64,000 nucleotides of DNA from an uncultured Nitrososphaerales archaeon (GTDB lineage Archaea; Thermoproteota; Nitrososphaeria; Nitrososphaerales; Nitrososphaeraceae). The notes under the pieces were generated by a model. The model was not told the origin of the DNA. It did not search any database and saw only the letters and a program-made list of their open reading frames with translations. Shown here in pieces: positions 23,324-35,363 of the stretch. The translations under genes and the position numbers were made by a program. Each line of letters opens with the position of its first letter. The first letter of the stretch is position 1. The DNA is taken from positions 224,001 to 288,000 of the forward strand of contig CAVPXM010000055.1 in assembly GCA_963709405.1 (NCBI GenBank). Reading direction: 5' to 3'.

Positions 23324-23535
23324 TTACAAACAACACAGGTCTCAAGAGTAGTGCGACCTAACCAGCACTACTACTGTACCACGACAATAGTGACAGATGC
23401 CATATGCCTACGTCAGATAATAATAATAACTTGATGAGGCAACTCAGACCATCGTAATGCGTATAATCATAACTGTAATCAAGTGAGGCGGTGTTCGCGG
23501 AGCCATGATAATACCGCGAGCACTAAATGAGCATT

Positions 23536-24354
23536 TCATCGTTTTTCGACACTTGCTGTATTAGTTGAGACCTCTTTTATTATTTCATATTTAGACCTAT
23601 ATCCTCTTGGGTTAATCATCATGTTGTTATAGTGAAAGGTCGAAGAATTTCCCACTATTACAGTAGTAATCATACCAAGCATTTCCTGGTGTTCTAACAT
23701 TTTGTTCAAGGTAGTGAGAACTACAGCCTGGCTCTCGCGATATGCTCCTTTAACTATGGCAACAGGAGTATCAGGTTTTCGATACTTCAGGAAGATATCC
23801 CTAGTGTCTCTCAATTGATGAACTCTCTTTTTGCTCGCTGGATTGTAGATTACTGTGACGTAATCCCCTAAAGCTCCGGCCTCAACCCTCTTTACAATTA
23901 TATCCCAAGGAACGAGAAGATCACTCATACTCACAACTGCAAAATCCGTCATTAATGGGGATCCTACCAGTGCTGCGCATGAATTTAAGGAGGAAACACC
24001 GGGTACGCACTCCAGATATATCCCTTCTCCACTCTTCCATCCCTTTTCAGCCAATATCTCGTAGATTAGTCCAACCATTCCATAGATACCCGGGTCGCCG
24101 GAGGATACAAGCGAAACGACCTTGCCTTTTTCAGCGAACTGAATTGCCTGATTTGCTCTGTCTACTTCCTGAGTCATTGCATACCGATAGACTTCCTTTC
24201 CTACAATTAGATTGTCTATCAGAGAAACGTAAGTATCGTACCCAATAATAATATCACTTTCCTCTATCACTTGGTTTGCTCTAAATGTCATGTGATCATG
24301 ATGGCCCGGGCCTAAACCTACGATATATAATTTTCCTGCATTCAATCTAGCCAT
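23536..24354 (-). CDS. cbiH: Precorrin-3B C17-methyltransferase
   Basis: LYIVGLGPG, VSSGDPGIYGM, DFAVVSMSDLLVPW, YNPASKKR, INPRGY. Confidence 0.95.
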   Translation of the reverse strand: MARLNAGKLYIVGLGPGHHDHMTFRANQVIEESDIIIGYDTYVSLIDNLIVGKEVYRYAMTQEVDRANQAIQFAEKGKVVSLVSSGDPGIYGMVGLIYEILAEKGWKSGEGIYLECVPGVSSLNSCAALVGSPLMTDFAVVSMSDLLVPWDIIVKRVEAGALGDYVTVIYNPASKKRVHQLRDTRDIFLKYRKPDTPVAIVKGAYRESQAVVLTTLNKMLEHQEMLGMITTVIVGNSSTFHYNNMMINPRGYRSKYEIIKEVSTNTASVEKR

Positions 24355-24464
24355 TTTCATCCATGGAATAGCATTTATCTTTTTCTTGGATGAATACAAG
24401 ACGAACGCTTCGTAGCCGTCAATTCCATATGCAAAAGCTTTGATAGATTTAAATGCCTAGTCTG

Positions 24465-25890
24465 TTACGAGAGTTCAAATTCCCTATGTAAGGCTTTGAC
24501 CGCGTCTTCACAATCCTTGTTATTTACAACTAACGCGAGATTTAGCTCTGAGTATCCCTGCGTTATCATTATTACATTTATATCTCTTTTTGCAATCGCA
24601 CCAAATACCTTTGCAGCAACTCCCTTTATACCACGCATTCCTGATCCGACTACTGCTATAACCGCAACGTCATCGTTTACATTTACTTTTTTAATAACCT
24701 TGCCCAATAGATTAAGTTCCAATATATTTACCGCCCTGTCCAAAACATTTTTTCTTACAACCATAGATATACTTGATTCTGATGGACTTTGAGATATCAT
24801 CATGATATTTACCCTGTTCTTTGCAAGTGTATCAAAGATTTTAGCAGCTGTTCCAGGTGCTCCAACCATGCCGCCTCCCGCCGACGTCAATTAATGCTGT
24901 GTTTCTGATCGTATTAATCGATTTCACAATTTTTTGAGACTGGTTACTTGGGTCAGCGGTGATAAGCGTCCCAACGTTCTGCGGATTGAAAGCGTTACGA
25001 ATCCTGACCGGTATCTTTGCCTCTATAGCGGGCTCGAGGGCTCTGGGATGTATATACTTCGCACCAAACAACGCCATTTCCATGGCCTCAGTAAATGAAA
25101 CCTCGTTTAAGACCCTGGCGTCCTCAACTATTTTTGGATCCGCCGTCATGAGACCATCTACATCGCTCCAGAGCCAGACCTCATCTGCTTTAATGCTCGA
25201 TCCGATTATTGTCGCACTATAATCTGAACCCCCACGTCCTAGGGTAGTGAAGCTTCCATTCTGATCCGTACCTATGAAACCAGTCACAACAGGAATAACA
25301 TCATCCTTTAGTAGAACCTCCAGCCTGTGAGATACTCGAAGTCTTGTTGTATCCATCAATGGAGTAGCTTCTCCAAAACTTGAATTTGTTAAAATTCCTA
25401 TATCCTTTGCTGTTAAAAATTGTGATTTTAATCCACGGTCTAGCAACGCAAAATGGACAATCGGAGTAGACAATCTTTCCCCAAAAGATAGAAGATAATC
25501 CATGGATTTTAGGGTAACTTCGGTCAATAAGACTAATCCCTCAAGAACAGCCTTAAGCTCGTCGAGGATTGGAAGAACCGTTGCTCGTGCCTGATTTTTC
25601 AGGTCATCTCTATTAATCCCATTCTCGATTAGTCCTAAGTGAGCAACTCGTGTCCGCTGAATAAAATCATAGGTCGGCTGCTTGAGCCCTTTTTTAATAT
25701 TCTCACAAACAGATAAAATATTATCGGTCATACCCCTTAAAGCGGAAATAACTACCACTATGTCATTATCATGGTTTGATCTGTCCGAAAGATCATTGCA
25801 GAATTTATATTTTCTTATTAATTCAGCGACATTATTAATCTTGTTGGCGGAGTCGATAGCAGATCCCCCAAACTTCATTACGACTCGCAT
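24465..25890 (-). CDS. lysC: Aspartate kinase, apparent frameshift at ~24878
   Basis: VMKFGGS, TTLGRGGSDYSA, WSDVDG, two ACT domains. Confidence 0.95.
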
Positions 25891-26203
25891 ATGATACTTG
25901 GCTAAACCGTAGGTACTTGATGTCAAATAAAACACTTTCCTAAATAATGCCTGTGTACTACTAATATTCTTGAATTTAATTGCACGAACGTCGAAAGATA
26001 GTTCCTTCGGCCAATAACAAGAGCTTAGTAATTTGGAGAATACAGGAGAGGCTTCAGGCTGCAAGAATTTATAAATCTTACTTGGAAGTCCAATACATAA
26101 TCGTCCGTATCTCATTAGAATTCATTGTTCTTATTGTTTTACGCGAAGACAATCACAGCCTTATTATGACAGATATCAACTAACTAATTGTGTTCTGATT
26201 CCG

Positions 26204-27464
26204 TTGGTGTATAGAAAAAAGTTTTACCAAATGGATAGAGATGAAAGATTGCTTTTTCTTAAGAATGCGGCCAACCTTTCAGAAAGTCAAACCGAATTGC
26301 TCGTTAATCCTTATTCGAACTTTAGCTTTTGAGAAAGTTAACGGGATGATAGAAAATGCTATCGGAATCATACCAGTGCCACTTGGAATTGCGACCGATT
26401 TCTTGGTTAATGGTAAAGAATACATTGTACCGATGGCCACCGAGGAACCTTCGGTTATAGCTGCGAGTAGTAAGGCAGCTAAAATTGCGAGAAATACAGG
26501 AGGCTTCAATGCAAGTGCGGATGAATCGACGATGATTGGTCAGATACAACTTGTGTCTGTTTCCTTCCCCGAATCAGGAATGAAGGTGTTGTCAAATAAG
26601 GCAAGGCTTCTCTCCATTGCAAATAGCACAAGCAAATCAGTTAAGGCAATTGATGTAAATGTGAAATGGCTAGAGGACTTGACAAATAGCGGTGCCGGCA
26701 AGATGCTTATAGTAGAGATCGTTGTGAACACTGGCAATGCTATGGGCGCAAATGCAATAAACACAATGTGTGAAGCGGTGTCTCCAGAATTAGAGCAGAT
26801 AACACAGGGGAAGGCAGTTGTAAGGGTTCTTTCTAACTACGCAACACGACGACTTGTAAAGTGTAAAGCCACCTTTTGCAAGGAAGACCTAAGTGGTGAA
26901 AACATCGTTGATCGAATTCTTTATTCATACAGTTTTGCTTATTCTGACGTATATCGTGCGGTTACTCATAACAAAGGCATAATGAATGGAATTGATGCCC
27001 TTGCAATAGCAACAGGACAAGACTTTAGAGCCATAGAAGCTGCGGCTCATGCTTATGCTTGCAGAGATGGAACCTATCGATCAATGACTAAGTGGGAGAA
27101 GACAAGTAACGGCGATTTACGCGGAGAATTGGAATTGCCAATTGCAGTAGGAATCGTTGGAGGAATTACTAATGTTCACCCAATAGCCAAACTAGCACTA
27201 GAACTTTTGGGCGTAGAATCTAGTCAGACCCTTGCCATGGTTTTCTCAGCTGTAGGTCTGGCGCAGAACCTTTCGGCAATCTTGGCCTTGGCATCGGATG
27301 GCATTCAGAAGGGCCATATGAAGCTTCATGCAAAGAATTTAGCTATTTCTGCGGGTGCACGAGGCGATCAAATCGACATCATAGCAAACAAAATGACTCA
27401 AGAAGGCAGAATAAATGCATCGAGAGCGAAGGAAATTCTATTGTCGATTATCGAGCAGAGGTAA
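26204..27464 (+). CDS. mvaA: HMG-CoA reductase class II, apparent frameshift at ~26322
   Basis: ENAIG, PMATEEPSVIAA, AMGANAIN, THNKGIMNG, GIQKGHMKLH. The N-terminus (KKFYQMDRDERL) lies in a shifted frame. Confidence 0.93.
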
Positions 27465-27565
27465 TATAACCTCATGTGTGGTTCACCCAATTGAGGGCAT
27501 AAATCAAAAAATTAATAAGTAAATATATACATTACCTCGATGACTTTACCTATTTATCTAACAAA

Positions 27566-28552
27566 ATGGCGACAATAAAGTTTGCTATTCCAAAAGGTAG
27601 CATCGAAGAGGCAACATACAAGATATTAGAACAGGCCTGGCAAACTATCACCGGCAGGGGCAGGACTTATCGCTTGAAGTTGAGTGATCCCGAAATAGAG
27701 GTTAAGATATTAAGACCGCAGGAAATACCAACCTACGTACAGGAAGGATTTTATGATGTAGGGATCACTGGAAGGGATTGGATAAATGAAGCAAAGGCAG
27801 ACGTAAGAATTCTTCTTGACTTGGAATACGGCCGTGTGAACCAGGTTCTCGCCATTCCAGAAAGTTTTCACGCTCAAAGCCTTTCGGAATTGATTAGTCA
27901 TTTTGTGAGTCAAAATAAACCCCTTAGAATATCCTCTGAATATCTTACCACGACGTCGTTCTACATAAAATCAAATTCAACTTATCAACAACACTTTGGC
28001 GATTTGGATCCGATGATAATAACACCGTGGTTACGAGTCGGACAGAATAAACAGGTGGAAATCTTCCTTTCGTTCGGCGCAACTGAAGCGAAACCCCCAG
28101 AAGATGTGGATGCAATCTTTGATATAACTGAGACCGGTACGACGTTAGGACGTAATAATCTGAAGATTATTGACACAGTGATGGAATCTACAGCAGTACT
28201 TGTTGCGAATAAGAATGCTCTCAAAGTTCCGCATAAGAGAGAGAAAATAGCAGATATGTGTGCTCTGCTTAAAGGCGTCGTAGAAGCACGTAAGAAATTG
28301 CACATTTTTGTTAATGTGAGAGAGGATAACATCAATCAGCTACTTGAGCGCCTTCCTGCTCTGAAAAAACCTACCATAAGCAAGTTAAGTGAAGATGGAT
28401 GGTACAGCGTGAATACCATCATAGAAAAAAACGAGTTTATCAAAATCGTCCCTAACTTGAGAGAATTAGCTCAAGGCTTGGTAGTTTTAGAACCGAGGCA
28501 GATTCTGTCTTTGGATCAGATAAATCTAGATAATTATGATCAAGAAAATTAG
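27566..28552 (+). CDS. hisG: ATP phosphoribosyltransferase (long form)
   Basis: FAIPKGS, LRPQEIP, GATEAKPP, DITETGTTL, C-terminal regulatory domain. Confidence 0.95.
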   Translation: MATIKFAIPKGSIEEATYKILEQAWQTITGRGRTYRLKLSDPEIEVKILRPQEIPTYVQEGFYDVGITGRDWINEAKADVRILLDLEYGRVNQVLAIPESFHAQSLSELISHFVSQNKPLRISSEYLTTTSFYIKSNSTYQQHFGDLDPMIITPWLRVGQNKQVEIFLSFGATEAKPPEDVDAIFDITETGTTLGRNNLKIIDTVMESTAVLVANKNALKVPHKREKIADMCALLKGVVEARKKLHIFVNVREDNINQLLERLPALKKPTISKLSEDGWYSVNTIIEKNEFIKIVPNLRELAQGLVVLEPRQILSLDQINLDNYDQEN

Positions 28553-29842
28553 TGTTACTGATGTCAGTTCTGACGTTGCAAAGTTGCGAAACGCTGCCTA
28601 CAATTTACGTGGCGATACCAATCAGACGATAGACACCATCTTCAATGATGTCATTATTAACGGTGATACAGCCTTAATTAATTATACTGAAAAGTTTGAT
28701 AATACGAAAGTAAAGTCTTTAAGAATTTCAGAAGAAGACATCAGACAGGCGTATAGGAACGTCAGCAAGAAGCAAATTCAAGCATTAACGCTAATGAAAA
28801 AAAGAGTTGCCCAAACTGAAAGAATGTTGCTCAAGCGTTTAACGGGCAAGAGAATGCAGATATTGAATGATGGAATTTTTCTTCAAAAAATAATACGACC
28901 GCTTAGTAGTGTTGGATGCTACGTACCGGGCGGAAATGCCAGATATCCCAGCACATTAGTAATGTGTGCGGTCCCCGCCAGAATCGCTGGAGTTGAAAGA
29001 ATAGTCGCCATATCTCCACCAATGAGGGATGGGAATGTGGACCCACTGACTCTCGTGGCTGCTGATATATGTAATGTGGACGAGATTTATCGAGTAGGAG
29101 GAGTGCAGGGGATAGCTCGCTTTGGCATTCGGAACAAACACAATTAAGAAGGTTAACAAAATTGTAGGTCCAGGGGGAATGTTCGTTACCCTTGCTAAAA
29201 TTGGCAGCATCAAGACATGTGTCGATAGATATGATCGCCGGTCCTACAGAATTAGTAGTTTATTCTGATGAACATGGTAATTCAAAGTATATTGCTCGTG
29301 ACCTGATATCACAGGCTGAACACAGTGTTGACACGTTATGCGGGTTGGTAACGACTTCTAAAACCCTGGCTGATGATGTGGAATCCGAACTTGTTTCAAT
29401 TATTAACAGCAATCATGAACCGCTATCTAGGGCTGAAATAGTTAGAAAAAGTATAGGAGACAGAGGTTTTATTGCAATATGTAAAAACGAAGCTTTAGCA
29501 ATCGAGTTCATTAACGAACTTGCACCAGAACATCTACAAATACAAGGCAGGAATGAAAGAAGCCTAGCAAAGAGAATGACCTCAGCTGGGTTAATATTGA
29601 TAGGAGAATATACTCCTTCTTCTGCTAGCGATTATTTACTAGGTTCCGACCATGTGTTACCAACTTCTGGATTCGCTAAATCAAGAGGATCTCTATCAGT
29701 ATTGGACTTTATAAAAATCATCAATAAAGTAGAGTTATCAAGAAAAGGATTAGAAAAGGTAGGGCCTTTGTTGAAAGAGATCACATCCGCTGAAGGCTTG
29801 CTAAATCACTATGAGGCAGTTAAGGAAAGAACCAGCAGATGA
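28536..29842 (+). CDS. hisD: Histidinol dehydrogenase, apparent frameshift at ~29118
   Basis: [34 protein letters not shown]. Confidence 0.95.
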
Positions 29843-30918
29843 CAAGCTGGTTTTCGAATAGGCTAGCTGAAATTTCCAAGCTCGAGGCTTATGTAAAGCC
29901 AAAAGTTACACCTGGATCATTGAAATTAGATGCTAATGAAAATTTAGTCATCGACAAGACTTTTCTAGACAGGATTGCATCTCAAGCATTAAAGAACGTA
30001 GATTTCCGTGAATATCCTATAGATCAGTTCGACGAACTTTATGATGGGCTTGGAAAATATCTTGGTATTGACAAGAAATATGTTGCTGTAGGTAATGGAT
30101 CAGATCAAATAATTGAGGCTCTGATATCCACATTAGCTAGAGGAAGAAGAGCTACCGTGTTTGCTCCTACGTTTTCCTATTTCACGAACAGATGTGATTT
30201 ACATAAAGTAAGTGTGACTACCGTACCGCTTAACAAAGTAGATAATTCCCTTAACAAATCAGACTTTGTAAGGAGTGCAAGAGAGTCCGATATAGTTTAC
30301 ATTTGTTCTCCTAATAATCCAACCGGTAACCAATTTGAAGTCAATCTAGTACTAGATATTGTAAATTCATTAGAGGATAAATTGTTCTTGTTAGATGAAG
30401 CCTATGTGGAATTCGCAAACTATTCCTTAATTTCCCATGTACGTAAACATAACAATCTAATAATATTGCGCACCCTTTCAAAAGCATTTGGACTAGCAGG
30501 AGCAAGGTTTGGTTATCTTGTTTCGAATGAAGAGATCTCAGAGATATTCCGATCGTATATTCAGTCACCTTATCCAATAAATAGTTTCTCCATAAAGATG
30601 GCAAGTCTTATGTTATCAAACGGTATATATATTTCGGATACAATTCAATTTATAAAAACTGAAAGGGATAGGGTATTCAACGAACTTTGCAAGCTGCAAG
30701 GTTTAAACGTTTACAGATCCGATGCAAATTTTATCTTTTTCGAATCGTACGGTAAGTATAACGAGATCCTTGAAGAATTAGCAAAGCGTGAAATACAAGT
30801 AAAAATGTTCGGAAATATTGGCAAATATGAGGGCTGTATCAGAGTTACGATAGGAACTCGCGAAATGAACGATATGTTTTTGGAATCAATCAGATCCACG
30901 TTAGAGAGAAATGACTGA
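29839..30918 (+). CDS. hisC: Histidinol-phosphate aminotransferase
   Basis: LDANEN, GNGSD, SPNNPTG, DEAY, RTLSKAFGLAGAR. Confidence 0.95.
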   Translation: MTSWFSNRLAEISKLEAYVKPKVTPGSLKLDANENLVIDKTFLDRIASQALKNVDFREYPIDQFDELYDGLGKYLGIDKKYVAVGNGSDQIIEALISTLARGRRATVFAPTFSYFTNRCDLHKVSVTTVPLNKVDNSLNKSDFVRSARESDIVYICSPNNPTGNQFEVNLVLDIVNSLEDKLFLLDEAYVEFANYSLISHVRKHNNLIILRTLSKAFGLAGARFGYLVSNEEISEIFRSYIQSPYPINSFSIKMASLMLSNGIYISDTIQFIKTERDRVFNELCKLQGLNVYRSDANFIFFESYGKYNEILEELAKREIQVKMFGNIGKYEGCIRVTIGTREMNDMFLESIRSTLERND

Positions 30919-30958
30919 GAAGTATCCGCATGTAGAAATACCCTTCTTTGTTTGGTGA

Positions 30959-31913
30959 GTGGTTGTGTTGCCGGATTGCATCATTTTTGATGTCGATGGG
31001 GTCTTGATAGACGTAAGGAAATCATATAACTTGGCTATCAAGAGTACTGTTGGATTTATCATTAATGAGATTAGTCCTAAATTGCACCTTACAAATTTTG
31101 TCACTGATAAAATAATTGCAGAGCTCAGACAAACCGGGGGCTTCAATAATGATGTCGATACGTGTTACGCCATTCTTCTGTCGGTACTTTCAAAGGAACA
31201 TCGTAATATCGATGATGCTAGAGAGTTTGTATCTCTAATGACAAAAAATCTTAATGGACTAGGCATAAAATATGTCGAAAAATACCTATCATCACATATA
31301 TCGGCCCACAGAGTTAGGGAGTACAAACATCTCTTAAACTATCCCTCATCAGTTGGCAAAAGCCAATTGACAACAGTATTTGACGAAATCTTCTATGGTC
31401 CCAGGTTATTTTTGAAACAACATAAGATTAAACCAAAGTATTATTTTGGTGCACCACTGATTGATAACGATATTACAATAATATCGGAGAAGACTGTGAG
31501 AAAGCTCTCAAAAATGTTTGACGGAAAGATCTCGATCGTGTCAGGGCGTAGCAAGCTGGCAGCGGAATATTCACTTAGTTCAATATCTGAATTCTTTAGT
31601 AAGAATGCTTGTGTTTATTTAGATGACGAATTAAGAAAACATGCCAAGCCTAACCCATACGCTATTTATAGGGCGAGCGAAGGCAATGTCTGCAAGAAGC
31701 GTCATATATGTCGGAGATTCGTTAGAAGACATATTAATGACCAGAAGGGCCAAAAATAGATATAATCTTGAAATGACCTTTATTGGAGCATACGCGTATG
31801 GTTTTGATCCTATGAGTACTATCCATCAGCTTATGAATAATGGTGCCGATGCCATAATAAAGACTGTGAATCAGTTACCGAATATGTTAAATAAAGTAAT
31901 TACAGAAGTTTGA
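30959..31913 (+). CDS. HAD-family hydrolase (candidate histidinol-phosphatase), frameshift at ~31675
   Basis: FDVDGVL, GGFNND, KPNP, YVGDSLED; located between hisC and hisB. Confidence 0.85.
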
Positions 31914-32524
31914 CACATTTGACAGACTTGTCTTCCGATGCACGTAGAATTGCACGTCTAGTGCGAAATACCAATGAAACATCACTGCTCGTTGAAACAG
32001 ATATTGACGGCAACGGACAAGCTGCGGTCAAAACAGATCTCAATTTCCTTGATCATCTTGTTACGACAATAGTGAGGCATAGTATGATAAACCTCAACCT
32101 CACCGCGAAATCTAACGATCAGATTATTCACCATGTTATTGAAGATACAGCTATTGCTCTTTCGCAAACCCTTGACAAAGCGCTTTCAGATCGAAGGAAT
32201 ATTAAACGATTTGGATACGCGTCTATTGCGATGGATGATTCTCTTGCATTTGTCAGTATTGACCTTGTTAGGCGACAATTCCATAAGATTGAATTACATT
32301 TAATGAATAACATGACAGAAGGAATTCAAAAGGAAGATCTGGAACACTTTGTGAGATCGTTAGTACAGAATTTGAATGCCTGCACTCACATTGAAGTTAG
32401 ATATGGAGATAATGATCACCACAAAATAGAGGCGGCTTTAAAGGCGTTTGCCGTTGCTTTTCGGATGGCGGCTTCTATCGATCACCGGGCTACAGGCGTA
32501 CCTAGTACCAAGGGTGAAATGTAA
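31910..32524 (+). CDS. hisB: Imidazoleglycerol-phosphate dehydratase
   Basis: RNTNET, HHVIED, MDDS, NDHHKIEA, PSTKG. Confidence 0.95.
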   Translation: MTHLTDLSSDARRIARLVRNTNETSLLVETDIDGNGQAAVKTDLNFLDHLVTTIVRHSMINLNLTAKSNDQIIHHVIEDTAIALSQTLDKALSDRRNIKRFGYASIAMDDSLAFVSIDLVRRQFHKIELHLMNNMTEGIQKEDLEHFVRSLVQNLNACTHIEVRYGDNDHHKIEAALKAFAVAFRMAASIDHRATGVPSTKGEM

Positions 32525-32525
32525 A

Positions 32526-33146
32526 ATGCTTAGGATAGCAATATTTGACTACGGTGCAGGGAATTTGTACAGTCTAAAAGCAGCTGTCGAAAGAGTTGCC
32601 GGTACTCAAGTATCAATAATAAATAATATGAAGAATATTCATAGGTACAACGGACTAATTCTACCGGGTGTCGGAAATTTTGATCCTGCGATCGTTTCAA
32701 TTGGAGATGATAAGGAGTCGTTTACCAAAGCAGTAAGTGACAAGATCCCAATCCTTGGAATATGTCTCGGTATGGAAATGTTATTTAATAGGAGCGAAGA
32801 GGGAAAACTTGACGGGTTGGGCATACTAGATGGTGAAGTTCTTATGCTGAATAGAGAGCTCACGAAGATCCCTCATATGGGATGGAATAACCTAAGTCTA
32901 GTAAGAAACGGAGGTAAGCTTTTGAAAGGTATTCCAGATGGCTCATGGGTCTATTTTGTTCATTCTTACCGTGTATCGCCGCACAATATGGACTTGGTAA
33001 TCGCCAGTTCCGAATATGGAATCACTATACCTGCTGCAATAGAAATTGAAAATTTGTTTGGCACCCAATTTCACCCCGAAAAATCCGGAAAGACTGGGGG
33101 TACGATAATTAAGAATTTCTTGAGTATATGCAGTGAAAATTTATGA
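32526..33146 (+). CDS. hisH: IGP synthase glutamine amidotransferase subunit
   Basis: DYGAGN, LPGVG, GICLG, PHMGWN, YFVHSY, QFHPEKS. Confidence 0.96.
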   Translation: MLRIAIFDYGAGNLYSLKAAVERVAGTQVSIINNMKNIHRYNGLILPGVGNFDPAIVSIGDDKESFTKAVSDKIPILGICLGMEMLFNRSEEGKLDGLGILDGEVLMLNRELTKIPHMGWNNLSLVRNGGKLLKGIPDGSWVYFVHSYRVSPHNMDLVIASSEYGITIPAAIEIENLFGTQFHPEKSGKTGGTIIKNFLSICSENL

Positions 33147-33853
33147 GAATAATTGCATCTATTGATCTTCTAGGAGGCAATGTTGTTAGGCTCATTAGAG
33201 GTAAAATAGAGGAAAGAATAATTTACAGCGATGACCCTGTCAGAATCGCAAAAAAATGGGAAGAACAAGGTGCAGATTCGTTGCATATTGTGGACCTTGA
33301 TTCAGCGTTACATACAGGTAATAACAACATCGACCTGATTTCAAATGTAGTTGATATCGTGCAAATTCCTGTTCAAATTGGTGGAGGTATCAGGTCTATA
33401 GATTCGATCAACGATATGCTAGCCAAAGGTGTTTCTAAAGTAGTCCTAGGTACAATCGCATTCAAGGATCCTAGTTCTTTAAAACGTCTGGCTAAAACAC
33501 TATCCTCTAGGATCATCATCTCAATAGATCAGTTTAATGGAATGATCATGATAGACGGTTGGAGAGAGACATCTGGCTATGATATCTCTCAAGGTATCAA
33601 TTTGTTTATGAATATGGGATTAAATGAATTTCTATTAACTAGCATCGATCGCGATGGAACGTTGGCTGGGCCAGATGTTGAAACCTTATCATCAGCTGCT
33701 GCCATAAAAGGAACTAATATTATCGCAAGTGGGGGCATATCTTCAATTGTAGATCTGATTAAAATCAGAAATACGGGGTGTTCATCGGCAATTCTAGGAC
33801 GTGCCATCTACGAAGAAAAATTTAACGTTTCTCAGGCAAAGGCGTTAGCATAA
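33143..33853 (+). CDS. hisA: ProFAR isomerase
   Basis: [35 protein letters not shown]. Confidence 0.95.
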   Translation: MRIIASIDLLGGNVVRLIRGKIEERIIYSDDPVRIAKKWEEQGADSLHIVDLDSALHTGNNNIDLISNVVDIVQIPVQIGGGIRSIDSINDMLAKGVSKVVLGTIAFKDPSSLKRLAKTLSSRIIISIDQFNGMIMIDGWRETSGYDISQGINLFMNMGLNEFLLTSIDRDGTLAGPDVETLSSAAAIKGTNIIASGGISSIVDLIKIRNTGCSSAILGRAIYEEKFNVSQAKALA

Positions 33854-33855
33854 GA

Positions 33856-34674
33856 ATGCCGCTATCTAAACGAATTATTCCATGTTTAGATGTCGACAAT
33901 GGTCTTGTGGTCAAAGGTGTACAGTTTTCAGACGTGAAAAGAGCGGGCGATCCCGTAAAATTGGCCGAAAAATATACAGAGCAAGGAGCAGATGAACTAG
34001 TATTTCTGGATATCACGGCATCTCAACAAGAAAGAGACATAATGAAGGCAGTAGTCAGAAATGTAGCTAGCGTAGTGAATATTCCATTTACGGTAGGAGG
34101 TGGGATACGAAACCTCCAGGATGGCAGAGATATCCTACGTAGCGGCGCAGATAAGGTTTCTATCAACACTGCCGCTGTAAAGAACCCATCTCTAGTAACA
34201 GAACTGATGGAGATCTTTGGAAAACAATGTGTAGTCGTTGCAATAGATGCAAAACTGAGGGACGGAAAGCATGAAATGAAGAGTGAGTTAGGAACGTTCG
34301 CATCTGATACACAACAGATGGATCGCAGATACGAAGTAATGATCTACGGAGGGAAACAGGAAACGCATATTGATGCTATCGAGTGGGCTAAGGAAGTAGA
34401 ACGTCTAGGAGCTGGAGAAATTCTATTAACAAGCGTTGATGCTGACGGTACTGAAAATGGTTATAGTATTGAATTGACAGGATTGATTTCAAATGCAGTT
34501 CGTATCCCAGTAATAGCTTCTGGAGGGTGTGGTAGCCCAGAACATATCCTTAAGCTATTCAAAGAAACTGACGCTGATGCAGCGTTGGCTGCATTGATTT
34601 TTCATTACGAGAAATACTCCGTAGATAAGGTGAAGTCATTCTTACGTGCAAACGGAATTACTGTCAGAATTTGA
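33856..34674 (+). CDS. hisF: IGP synthase cyclase subunit
   Basis: [30 protein letters not shown]. Confidence 0.96.
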   Translation: MPLSKRIIPCLDVDNGLVVKGVQFSDVKRAGDPVKLAEKYTEQGADELVFLDITASQQERDIMKAVVRNVASVVNIPFTVGGGIRNLQDGRDILRSGADKVSINTAAVKNPSLVTELMEIFGKQCVVVAIDAKLRDGKHEMKSELGTFASDTQQMDRRYEVMIYGGKQETHIDAIEWAKEVERLGAGEILLTSVDADGTENGYSIELTGLISNAVRIPVIASGGCGSPEHILKLFKETDADAALAALIFHYEKYSVDKVKSFLRANGITVRI

Positions 34675-35363
34675 CAGTCTAGTCCGTATGATAACGTAGT
34701 TACCGAGCAAATAGGTGATTTGTTTTACTCGTGAAAACCCATAAGAGGCCTAATTTGATTGAGTATGCAATATTTTATGTCGCACAGTAATCATGTTTCA
34801 TCATTGATTACTATGATTATTTTTTTGGTAGATTACCTGTTTTTCATACTCTGGTTTTCTGTTAATGGCTCTTGAATAAGATGAGTCTATCAAATCGATC
34901 GATCCGTAGACATGCTATAACTCAATTCTAGAATATTGTATTATATTGTGTTCCGCAAATTTAATCATATCAGGAATAATGATAAACTCAGGATTCAATA
35001 GAATCCTTCACTGCGTTACATTTTCCTTTGAATTATCGGTACATACTGAACACCAATATAAGTAGTCAAGGCTAGGAGTTAGAACCATACAGGGGAGCGG
35101 ATCACATCCAAGACTAAAGCCGACATAACACGATCATCAGCCTGCATAGCAAAGCTCCTAGAGGCGGCCAATTAATGTCTGGAATATTTTAAAAGCTAAT
35201 ATTCTCTTTTTTTCGTGTTATTGCTGAAACCAACGTTCACTTAAAAGCCGATTAGTCTCCTACTAAGTTAGAAAGATGTTATACCGAATCATCGTTCGTT
35301 GTCTTATCAAGAGTTAAATTACCTGCAGAATACATGAGTTGAATATAAACGGTGCTATAAAAA

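Noticed and set aside
30911-30958. In-frame TGA before the HAD gene as possible readthrough or selenocysteine
   Set aside because: TGA is part of a GGTGA Shine-Dalgarno-like site before GTG/TTG starts, and the HAD motif I follows immediately.
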